Source: a virus
Length of the DNA: 64,000 nt
Reading direction: 5' to 3' (one strand)
Virus record (IMG/VR): IMGVR_UViG_3300018080_000019
Span: 1 to 64,000 of that record
The stretch's first letter is position 1; each line of letters opens with the position of its first letter. The position numbers and the translations under genes were made by a program. The notes beneath the pieces are model-generated. The model worked only from the letters and a program-made list of their open reading frames with translations, was not told the origin of the DNA and did no database searches. Of this stretch, positions 33,261 to 40,911 are shown one piece after another.

Positions 33261-34215
33261 ACTTATTCCCAATCAAAAACTCCTTGCAGATTTAGCGAAT
33301 ATGACCCACAAAGCGATGGAGACGGGGGACTTTGACCCTATGTATCCTATGCTGGATTGGTTATGTAAAGACATGGAAAAGGAAGACTCGATCTGGTATG
33401 CGATGTGTTATGTGGGTCATTACAATATCGCAAGTGGGGTGTGGTGCTTTCATGATCATCCCAAACAAGTGCGAAAGCTGAAGCGGAAGTATCCGTTGCG
33501 ATTCCAGCGTAGGAACTTAAATCCCGGCAACGAGTATGAACGGCATTGGGAATCGCTTTGGTCTCTGAAGAAAAAGTACGGTAGTCTCACTAAATGGATT
33601 GAACGGGGTATGACTGGGGACGGTAGGCATGACTTCTACTGGATTGATCAAGTAGTTCGTGAAGTTCGCGGCAATAACCGATGGGCTGGGATGAAACTGG
33701 GAGAAGTGCTGAAGTACACGACTTGGAGTCATGTTACCCCGTGTGATATGTGCCACCGTGCTAGTGCTAGTCCACGAAAAGGGCTCGGCCTATTCTTCAA
33801 GGACCCTGGTGGCAATTCGGATAAAGTAATTGCACAACTTGACAGATGGGGCGAGATTGTAACAAGGTCAGTCGCTAATAAGATAGGAAATACACGGTGG
33901 CCACTCGGTATCGCTGAGATGGAAAGTTGTTTGTGTGATTTCAAAGGAATGTATAACGGTAAGTTCTACAGTGGAAACTGTGCCGACGTTGTACTCGCCA
34001 CACTCACCAGTTCAAAGGCTCCTAACAAGCTATTAGAGCCGGTCTATGCTTCTCGAGCAGAGATATTCGATCATCGCGTGCTAGGTGAGTTTAGTGGCTG
34101 GAATGGTGTGGATAAACGTAGAAAGATCCTATACAAGAAATATGGAGCAATACCATGGAGATGGGAAACCTTGGAGAGTTTAGACCTGGAAACTTCTCGG
34201 TCGGAAATAGGGTAG
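33253..34215 (+). CDS. hypothetical protein (possibly a second base-modification transferase)
   Basis: Coupled start. No motif recognised with confidence; assignment is by context only. Confidence 0.45.
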   Translation: MPKLIPNQKLLADLANMTHKAMETGDFDPMYPMLDWLCKDMEKEDSIWYAMCYVGHYNIASGVWCFHDHPKQVRKLKRKYPLRFQRRNLNPGNEYERHWESLWSLKKKYGSLTKWIERGMTGDGRHDFYWIDQVVREVRGNNRWAGMKLGEVLKYTTWSHVTPCDMCHRASASPRKGLGLFFKDPGGNSDKVIAQLDRWGEIVTRSVANKIGNTRWPLGIAEMESCLCDFKGMYNGKFYSGNCADVVLATLTSSKAPNKLLEPVYASRAEIFDHRVLGEFSGWNGVDKRRKILYKKYGAIPWRWETLESLDLETSRSEIG

Positions 34216-34934
34216 TTTCAGTGACCGAAGTGTTTAGGTCTGTCAGCAAATGTTGGCAGGGACCTAGCATACAACCGCCGAAGGTGTTCGGCTCCGTGTT
34301 CGTAACACAATCGGTACGAACCCGCTGCTCATTCGAACGAGCAGCGATCGATCTGGGTATGGGTGTAATTACGGTCACTGAGCGTCGCGATAATGAACCG
34401 TTGCGGGACTTTGGCTTCGCAGTAGCCCAATCCTGTGATCTGTGTGTTGTTAGGTTATGGGGCAACGATTTTGAGGAGTTTGTGTCTGACATAGACATCC
34501 CAGTTATTGATGGTGGGCAGGGTACTAAGAGTCATCCAACGCAAGCCCTTGTCGACCTATACACACTAGTCGATAATGGCATTTTGCCTCCTGCTAGAAT
34601 CGGTCTATTCGGTCCCCCTGAAAACCGAACGATGCACAGCTTCCGTCAGCTAGCTAGTCAGTCAGGGTACCGTTGCTTTGAGTTTATGGATCAAGACCTT
34701 TTTAGTTGTAGGAAGGAGTACGACGTTATTTATGGAGTAACTTTTGGTAACTGGTACGGGGTGGAACGTTCTATCCCTAAAGGACTTACAGCAAAAATCA
34801 TGCACCCATTCCCTCGAGGGAAGGTGGTTCCATCCACCTACGATTTTACGGATCAAGACCTTTACCATCAGCAAATGAAAAACGCGATTAGAGTTAGGAG
34901 GGCTTTATGTGCGGTATTGTTGGATTCAATGTAG
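34155..34934 (+). CDS. aspartate/ornithine carbamoyltransferase-superfamily protein
   Basis: SVRTRCSFERAAIDLG is the S-x-R-T-R carbamoyl-phosphate motif. SHPTQALVDLYTL is HPTQ. IMHPFPRG is the ATCase-type HPxPR. At 259 aa it is shorter than canonical enzymes. Confidence 0.65.
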   Translation: MEMGNLGEFRPGNFSVGNRVVSVTEVFRSVSKCWQGPSIQPPKVFGSVFVTQSVRTRCSFERAAIDLGMGVITVTERRDNEPLRDFGFAVAQSCDLCVVRLWGNDFEEFVSDIDIPVIDGGQGTKSHPTQALVDLYTLVDNGILPPARIGLFGPPENRTMHSFRQLASQSGYRCFEFMDQDLFSCRKEYDVIYGVTFGNWYGVERSIPKGLTAKIMHPFPRGKVVPSTYDFTDQDLYHQQMKNAIRVRRALCAVLLDSM

Positions 34935-36487
34935 GAAAGGCTGGGAAAGTCAGCTCCTTACTCAAAATGTTAGATGCAGTCAAGCACCGTGGCCCTGATC
35001 AGGGTGGTTATCTAGTGTTTGGAGACACTTATCTTGGACACGCACGGTTGAAAGTTCGCGGCGGTGATAACCTGACTCAACCGTTCCTTTCAAACCATCA
35101 CTACTTAGATAGTTCTACACGGTGGGCATATTCCGTAAACGGTGAGCTCTATAATGAGAGAGCGTGGAGGGATACTGATTGCGAACTTGTAGCTCAGTAT
35201 GATGCTAGACAGTTAATCGGTGAGTTTGCCTATGCTGCTTGTAATTGTGCTTCAGATGAAACGGTACTATGCCGTGATCGATTCGGTATAAATCCAATGT
35301 ACTATTACTGGAAACCGGGGATGTATGTGTTTGCTAGTGAGATTGGAGCTATCAAAGCTTCTAACCTCGTTCCCTGGTCAGTTGATCCTAGAGCTCCTTG
35401 CCGTCAGTTCGTAAATATGATAGTCCCTAATCTTACAGACATCAAGGGTATTAAGGCGGTACCACCCGGATGCATAGTCACTCTAACAAGGGATAGGCCC
35501 CCAGTTGTTACGGAGTATTGGGACGTTCCTGTTGGTGAGGGGTGGCTTAGTGCTGAAGAAGCTGTGGATTCTGTTGTAGAGCAACTTACTACTGCCGTGA
35601 AGAACCGGACTAAAGATACAAAAGTTTTGGCCTATGTTAGCAGCGGTATGGATGGACAAATCATACGTAAACTAGGCAACCTTCCAAGTATTACATGCGA
35701 CTTTGGTGATGGGGACAACTACAGGGAAGCAACCCACACGATAACCGACTTATCCTACCGAGACGCGGAAGGGTACCATTCCTTAGAGGACTTGATGAGG
35801 GAATGTGCCCTTCGATCGGATCGAACTATCTACAATCCAATCGGGGTCGCGAAGTGGAAGTTGTCTCAACAGGCTCGAGAATTAGGGTACCGTGTGATAG
35901 TTAGTGGGCAAGGTGCTGATGAATTATTCTGCGGATACCAGTTTCTGCAAGAAAAACCGTGGGCTAGTTTATCCTCCAATAACAAAACGATCAGTCACCC
36001 TGCTTTTGAAGATTGCTTCGGTTTTACGCCTCAGATGTTTCATCCTTGGATACAACTGTGGGAAGCCAGCATATTTCATTCGGAGTATGATCCGTTCGCT
36101 GAAGTTGCCGAACTACTTGCTCCTAAGGTAAAGTCCCTTGATCGTATTACTCTTCAACAATACGTTTGGATCAAAACTCACTTCGAGTCCCAGATTTTGA
36201 CTTGGGGTGGAGACCGTCCAGAAATGACTAACAGTATAGAAGGGAGAGTACCGTTCCTTGACTTGGTGGATATAGCGTTTAGTATTAGAGCAGAAGAGCG
36301 GTTGAATAAGAAGGTGCTTCGACTGGCTTTTGATCAACACACACCAAAACGATCGTTCATGTTCCCATACTACAATATGGTTGAGCCGTATAAGTGTCCG
36401 TTACTACGTGAATCAGTCCACGGAGCCCTTGCTAATGTGGCTTACTGGCAATGGATCACTTGGAAAGCAATGTTTGGGGGGCAATAG
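34907..36487 (+). CDS. asparagine synthetase (glutamine-hydrolysing)-like amidotransferase
   Basis: MCGIVGF gives the Ntn class II glutaminase Cys2. The PP-loop-like motif is AYVSSGMDGQ. Length 526 aa. Confidence 0.75.
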   Translation: MCGIVGFNVGKAGKVSSLLKMLDAVKHRGPDQGGYLVFGDTYLGHARLKVRGGDNLTQPFLSNHHYLDSSTRWAYSVNGELYNERAWRDTDCELVAQYDARQLIGEFAYAACNCASDETVLCRDRFGINPMYYYWKPGMYVFASEIGAIKASNLVPWSVDPRAPCRQFVNMIVPNLTDIKGIKAVPPGCIVTLTRDRPPVVTEYWDVPVGEGWLSAEEAVDSVVEQLTTAVKNRTKDTKVLAYVSSGMDGQIIRKLGNLPSITCDFGDGDNYREATHTITDLSYRDAEGYHSLEDLMRECALRSDRTIYNPIGVAKWKLSQQARELGYRVIVSGQGADELFCGYQFLQEKPWASLSSNNKTISHPAFEDCFGFTPQMFHPWIQLWEASIFHSEYDPFAEVAELLAPKVKSLDRITLQQYVWIKTHFESQILTWGGDRPEMTNSIEGRVPFLDLVDIAFSIRAEERLNKKVLRLAFDQHTPKRSFMFPYYNMVEPYKCPLLRESVHGALANVAYWQWITWKAMFGGQ

Positions 36488-36496
36488 TATGCGCAT

Positions 36497-36525
36497 AAAA
36501 AAAGCCCCCGGCAATGCCAGGGGCT
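36497..36525 (-). terminator. Rho-independent terminator of the leftward gene 36543..36884
   Basis: Minus strand has an AGCCCCTGGCATTGCCGGGGGCT hairpin followed by TTTTTTT. It also sits right after the asnB-like stop. Confidence 0.65.
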
Positions 36526-36542
36526 CAGGGCTGCGATGGCTA

Positions 36543-36884
36543 CTACAGCTTCTTGGCCACCTTACGACCAGTGGAGGTCACCTTGAAATACTTTGCTCGG
36601 CTCCCCTCGTAGGTAGCTTCCTCTGCGTACCCCAACTCAATCAGCTTGGGGTAGCCAGTCGTGGTTCTGCCTACGGCCGCTTGCAGGTCTGCCCTTGTCA
36701 AGCCGTCCCCCTTCACGGGCTCCCCTGCCAGAACTTTGAGGGTCTCTGCTTGTCCTTGGGTCAGGCCAGCATCTTTGGCAGGGTTCTTGTCGGTGGCCTT
36801 GCCCTTGCCCTTGGCCTTGCCCTTGGTGGCTTTGGTGGCCTTGCTCTTGGCGGTAGCTTTCTTCTTCGCAGGTACTTTCGGCAT
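36543..36884 (-). CDS. winged-helix DNA-binding protein with histone H1-like K/A-rich N-terminal tail
   Basis: KKKATAKSKATKATKGKAKGKGKA tail followed by LTQGQAETLKVLAGEP...LTRADLQAAVG...GYPKLIELGYAE...YFKVTSTG. It has its own promoter and terminator. It is the lone minus-strand gene in a plus block. Confidence 0.6.
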   Translation of the reverse strand: MPKVPAKKKATAKSKATKATKGKAKGKGKATDKNPAKDAGLTQGQAETLKVLAGEPVKGDGLTRADLQAAVGRTTTGYPKLIELGYAEEATYEGSRAKYFKVTSTGRKVAKKL

Positions 36885-36938
36885 GATAATGCTCCTGTGT
36901 GTGAGAGTGTGAAATATGGCCGCCCGTGGCGGGTGGCT

Positions 36939-36954
36939 ACTATGTATAATGTAT
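36939..36954 (+). promoter_or_regulatory. conserved 16-mer ACTATGTATAATGTAT (copy 2), rightward -10 candidate
   Basis: Identical to 23689-23704. TATAAT at 36945-36950 overlaps the leftward -10. Confidence 0.45.
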
Positions 36955-36976
36955 ACAATGGTCGGGGGTTTTGCAA
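36948..36976 (-). promoter_or_regulatory. leftward promoter for 36543..36884
   Basis: Minus strand reads TTGCAA (36976-36971), a 17-nt spacer, then TACATT (36953-36948). Its upstream region is shared with the 21651-21697 promoter. Confidence 0.45.
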
Positions 36977-37036
36977 CCCCAAAATAGCAAATTTAGCAAA
37001 ATAGTCGTAAGTTGTTTCTACATAAAGGGTTACGAC

Positions 37037-37630
37037 ATGATAAAAAAGCCTATCAAAGGCGTATTGCTGGACCTCGACGAGGTACTAGCCGACTTTGCTG
37101 GTGGTGCTTGTAGGGTACACGGTAAGCGGTTGGAAAACCTGGAACCGGGCGAGCCGCGAGACTTGCAGGTAAAGCTGGGACTGAGAAGCAAAGAGGCGTT
37201 CTGGAAACCAATCAATTCCCGGGGGATAAGCTTTTGGGAGTACTTGGAACCGCTACCTTGGATAGAAGAACTCCTCATAATAGCCAGGGCCCTCAGTGAA
37301 GAACCCATCAGAATTATCACTACACCACCGTCAGGTCCAGGTGCTCATCTGGCAATTCTAGGAAAGCACAGATGGCTAGTTAAGATCCTTGGATGGACTG
37401 ACAGGAACCGATACATATTCACGCGGGATAAAAAGATCTACTCCTTGCCTGGATACGTTCTTATAGATGACAGCCGAAAGAACGTAGTGCGGTTCAGTGA
37501 AGGGAGAGGTCTCGGAATCTTGTTCCCTGCCTACTTCAACCAGTATTACGAAGAGCGGAACAATCCTTTGCCTCGAGTTACAAATGCCCTATTACAAATT
37601 GGAGAACACAATGCACTTCACTTTCCGTAA
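37037..37630 (+). CDS. HAD-superfamily 5'(3')-deoxyribonucleotidase-like phosphatase
   Basis: ATG 37037. GVLLDLDEVLADFAGG matches the NT5C-type motif I (DxDxVLADF). Also YVLIDD. Confidence 0.6.
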   Translation: MIKKPIKGVLLDLDEVLADFAGGACRVHGKRLENLEPGEPRDLQVKLGLRSKEAFWKPINSRGISFWEYLEPLPWIEELLIIARALSEEPIRIITTPPSGPGAHLAILGKHRWLVKILGWTDRNRYIFTRDKKIYSLPGYVLIDDSRKNVVRFSEGRGLGILFPAYFNQYYEERNNPLPRVTNALLQIGEHNALHFP

Positions 37631-38882
37631 CGTCAACGAAGCGTTCCCTAAGCTGGTTTCTTTCATGTGTGACCCTTCCTCCGTGGGAAGCCCCCCTAGT
37701 GCGGTTCGTAAGGAGGATAGTCGCAACGGTCCTGTCTTGCGTGTAGCAGAACCTGTGACTGTGACCTATACCAATCCACGGGAAAGAGTACTGTTCAACT
37801 ACGGTAGGGATTGCAACCCCTTCTTCCACCTGTTCGAAGCACTATGGATGCTGGCAGGTCGCAACGATGTGAAGCCCCTGGTTTACTACAACCCGCGGAT
37901 GGCGGAGTATAGTGATGACGGGCAAATATTCCATGGGGCTTACGGTCATCGTTGGCGGAATCAGACAATCTCCGTGTGGAATTCTAATAGTCCTAGGACA
38001 GAGTCCTGCCCCCATTGTGGGATGTCGGAAGAACCGTTTGACCAGATAGAGGCAATTATTGCCCATCTGAATAGTGATCCTAACTCTCGCCGCGAAGTAC
38101 TCCAGGTATGGGAGTATCAGGCAGACTTGTGGGCACGTCCAAAAGGGGCGAAGGATCTACCGTGCAATACTCAAGCATACTTCTCCTTACGGGAGTTGCC
38201 TGATAGAGGGCCTATTGCAGAAGATGGGTCTTTCCAATCCCACGTTGTGAAACACGCCTTGGATATGACCGTGTGCAATCGTTCCAACGATCTTGTCTGG
38301 GGTATGCTCGGTGCGAACGTAGTGCATTGGAGTATGCTCCAGGAGTACCTAGCAAATTGTCTAGCAAATTGTCTTGAAGTAGAGGTTGGTCACTACCATC
38401 AGTTCACAAACAATCTACACGTTTACACAGAACGGTTCACTCCTGAAAAGTGGTTTCCGTTGACCCACCCGAAGACGATGCACGACCCTGTTGAGTTAGA
38501 CTACGGTCCACCATCAGGGGCTCAGGCGATCAACCAGATACTAGGGAAGTTTGACGGGACGAAGGCCCCTTACGAGATTCTCCCGTACCGCTTGTCCCTG
38601 GTTCACGATAAAGCCACGTTCGACGAGGAGGTAAATATCTTCATCGACTATATTGATGATTACCGGTTGAACGGGGCAGACGGTTTTTACCAGGAGCCGT
38701 TCTTGCGGGATGTTGCTCAACCGATGATGGCAGCCTTCCGGGCACACAAGAATCGACGGTATCGTGGGGACAATAATGCTTTCACACTGATAGAACGTGT
38801 TCACGCTGACGATTGGAGAGCCGTCGGTAAACAGTGGCTTCGCCGACGGTGTGAAGCTTGGGATAAGAAGGGAGAGAAGTGA
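37611..38882 (+). CDS. thymidylate synthase-family pyrimidine C5 transferase (candidate dUMP hydroxymethylase)
   Basis: ATG 37611 with GGAGA upstream. Motifs are RDCNPFFHLFEALWMLAGRND, YGHRWR, FDQIEAIIAHLNSDPNSRR, LPCNTQAYF (catalytic Cys), CNRSNDLVWGMLGANVVH and NNLHVY. About 100 aa longer than ThyA. Confidence 0.7.
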   Translation: MHFTFRNVNEAFPKLVSFMCDPSSVGSPPSAVRKEDSRNGPVLRVAEPVTVTYTNPRERVLFNYGRDCNPFFHLFEALWMLAGRNDVKPLVYYNPRMAEYSDDGQIFHGAYGHRWRNQTISVWNSNSPRTESCPHCGMSEEPFDQIEAIIAHLNSDPNSRREVLQVWEYQADLWARPKGAKDLPCNTQAYFSLRELPDRGPIAEDGSFQSHVVKHALDMTVCNRSNDLVWGMLGANVVHWSMLQEYLANCLANCLEVEVGHYHQFTNNLHVYTERFTPEKWFPLTHPKTMHDPVELDYGPPSGAQAINQILGKFDGTKAPYEILPYRLSLVHDKATFDEEVNIFIDYIDDYRLNGADGFYQEPFLRDVAQPMMAAFRAHKNRRYRGDNNAFTLIERVHADDWRAVGKQWLRRRCEAWDKKGEK

Positions 38883-39127
38883 TGGCCGTCTACAGACGCA
38901 TTGATAACTGCAAGTCTCGTGCAGAGGCTATTGAACGGTCTGGGTTTTACATAGGCCAACTAGCTAAGGTCGTAGACCTGATGGTAACTGGTAACACTGA
39001 CGGGGTGTGGACTGTTCACCCCATAATGGAGTTCATACAAACGGAGGATGTCAATGGGAAGATTTATTCCACTGTCGAAGCCCGCAGAAGAGGCCCATGT
39101 TCCCTCACCGGTCCTGACGAAGACTGA
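38879..39127 (+). CDS. hypothetical protein
   Basis: GTGATG overlap with the upstream gene. Confidence 0.4.
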   Translation: MMAVYRRIDNCKSRAEAIERSGFYIGQLAKVVDLMVTGNTDGVWTVHPIMEFIQTEDVNGKIYSTVEARRRGPCSLTGPDED

Positions 39128-39656
39128 TTTTGTACGTAGGTATGAGGCGGGAGAGTTCGGCAATCACGCCCCGACTTGGGGCACCCTGCAAGAATGGTTA
39201 GACCGGGATTGGGGAACCCCCGATCAGCTTTACCATATCCGCAACCGTGTCAAGGGTGGACTTACGTGGTACGATGTTCCTATCCGTAGAGTAGTATCTG
39301 CTTGGAGTAAGGCCAGCAAGATCTACGGAGCTTACAACCTCTATATCAGTGCAATGGCTCCCACAGAGAAGACCTTGTTCCAGGGTGAAGTTCAAAGAGG
39401 TCTGCACGGATTAGACCTTTACTACAGTACGGTCGTTGCGACGATGCGTGAAGCACTCTCTAAACAAGCCCACTCCTGCTACGGTATAATAGCACTAACT
39501 CTACTGAGACGGTTCCTCTGCCCAAACAGTTTGGATTGGTTGATGTGCTTGTTGGAGACCTATCCGGATCACGTCGTCGAGTTTTCTACCTATTCTTGTC
39601 AGTGGGGTACGCTCCCCGGATTCAACACGGTCTTTTGGGAAGTTAGGAAATACTAG
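39048..39656 (+). CDS. hypothetical protein (start uncertain)
   Basis: Track ORF. Overlaps the upstream gene by 80 nt, so the true start may lie further downstream. Confidence 0.4.
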   Translation: MSMGRFIPLSKPAEEAHVPSPVLTKTDFVRRYEAGEFGNHAPTWGTLQEWLDRDWGTPDQLYHIRNRVKGGLTWYDVPIRRVVSAWSKASKIYGAYNLYISAMAPTEKTLFQGEVQRGLHGLDLYYSTVVATMREALSKQAHSCYGIIALTLLRRFLCPNSLDWLMCLLETYPDHVVEFSTYSCQWGTLPGFNTVFWEVRKY

Positions 39657-39668
39657 GATAAGGAGTTA

Positions 39669-40055
39669 GTGGTGAGTGAAGAAGATATTGGGGATATTGT
39701 TCCTGGCACGATTCTCTATACCTTAGATGTTGACCCCCTAGAGCCTGATGTAGTAGCAAGAGACTTAACACTGGCTGACTTTAGTCGTTGGGTAGTGGTA
39801 GAATTCAGTTACGGTGGTCTTGGAGTAGCTTCTTTAATGGTTGATTCTGATGGGGCAATCTCAGTCCGGAATGACTATACTCCTGGGGAACGTTGTCACT
39901 ATTTTGAGACTCTTCGAGAAGCTTTAGTTGAGGAATTGGAGTTCCATAGGAGGATCCGCGACAGCTACGCTAAATCAGTAGTTTGGCTTGAACAACAACT
40001 AAAGCTGATGGACCAACGAAAGGAATCTGATGCCCCAGATAAACAAGACACCTAA
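39669..40055 (+). CDS. hypothetical protein
   Basis: AGGAG upstream, with a GTG start at 39669 or 39672. Confidence 0.45.
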   Translation: MVSEEDIGDIVPGTILYTLDVDPLEPDVVARDLTLADFSRWVVVEFSYGGLGVASLMVDSDGAISVRNDYTPGERCHYFETLREALVEELEFHRRIRDSYAKSVVWLEQQLKLMDQRKESDAPDKQDT

Positions 40056-40908
40056 ATCACTCCAGCCTTACGAGTTCCACGGTGTGGACTTAATGTGGGA
40101 TGAGTCGACAGAAAACGCTCCGGCCCTTTGCCCCTTCTGTGGCAACGACAACAGGAAGTTTTCTGTGGAAGTAGCGACCGGTCAGTTCCATTGTTGGACT
40201 TGTGGGGCTGGAGGAAACGCAACCACCTTCCTAAGGAAGCTATGGGACGAGTACGATCGTGAGACGGTGGACTATACCCCACTCGCACGGGAGAGGGGTC
40301 TGCTCTACCCAGATACTTTGATGTTGTGGCAGGTCGTATATTCTTGGCGGTTGGAAAGCTGGCTGATTCCAGGCTACGGTATCAACGGTAAGATGTCTCA
40401 GCTCTACAAGTACAGTAACCGCCTCTATCCAACTCCCACACTTGGACACAAGCTTCACGGTATGAACTTGTATAATCCCAACCATGACTACGTTTTCTTG
40501 TGCGAAGGGCCGTGGGACGGTATGTCTCTGTGGGAAGTTCTGCGGTACGCTGAGGGGGATCTTGAAGAGGTCAACGTAACCGCTAACAAGCAGAACAACC
40601 TGTTGGAAACCTGTAGTGTACTAGCTGTCCCAGGGGCGATGGTGTTCTTCGAACAGTGGTGCTCCCTATTCTCTGGGAAGAACGTGTATCTAGTTTACGA
40701 TAATGACCACCCTCGTAAACACCCTAGGACCGGGAAAACGTTGCCCCCTGCTGGCCTAGTAGGAATGAAAAGGACCGCTGAGATACTGAGTGGAGCAAAG
40801 GAACCACCGGCAGAAATCCACTACCTATGCTGGGGAGAAGGCGGATTTATGTCTGACCTGCCGAACGGTTATGACATTAGAGATACTCTATCCACTTGGA
40901 GGAAGTAA
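40030..40908 (+). CDS. DnaG-type DNA primase (CHC2 zinc finger + TOPRIM)
   Basis: Zinc finger is CPFCGNDNRKFSVEVATGQFHCWTCG. TOPRIM is FLCEGPWDGMSLW (Glu) plus VYLVYDNDHP (DxD). Confidence 0.75.
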   Translation: MPQINKTPKSLQPYEFHGVDLMWDESTENAPALCPFCGNDNRKFSVEVATGQFHCWTCGAGGNATTFLRKLWDEYDRETVDYTPLARERGLLYPDTLMLWQVVYSWRLESWLIPGYGINGKMSQLYKYSNRLYPTPTLGHKLHGMNLYNPNHDYVFLCEGPWDGMSLWEVLRYAEGDLEEVNVTANKQNNLLETCSVLAVPGAMVFFEQWCSLFSGKNVYLVYDNDHPRKHPRTGKTLPPAGLVGMKRTAEILSGAKEPPAEIHYLCWGEGGFMSDLPNGYDIRDTLSTWRK

Positions 40909-40911
40909 CAC

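Noticed and set aside
36330-37004. 224-aa plus-strand ORF spanning the asnB-like 3' end and the intergenic region
   Set aside because: It starts inside the asnB-like gene in another frame, and its sequence is low-complexity (LALALGLALGG). The opposite-strand 113-aa gene has an SD, a winged-helix-like sequence, its own promoter and a terminator with a T7 tail on its strand.
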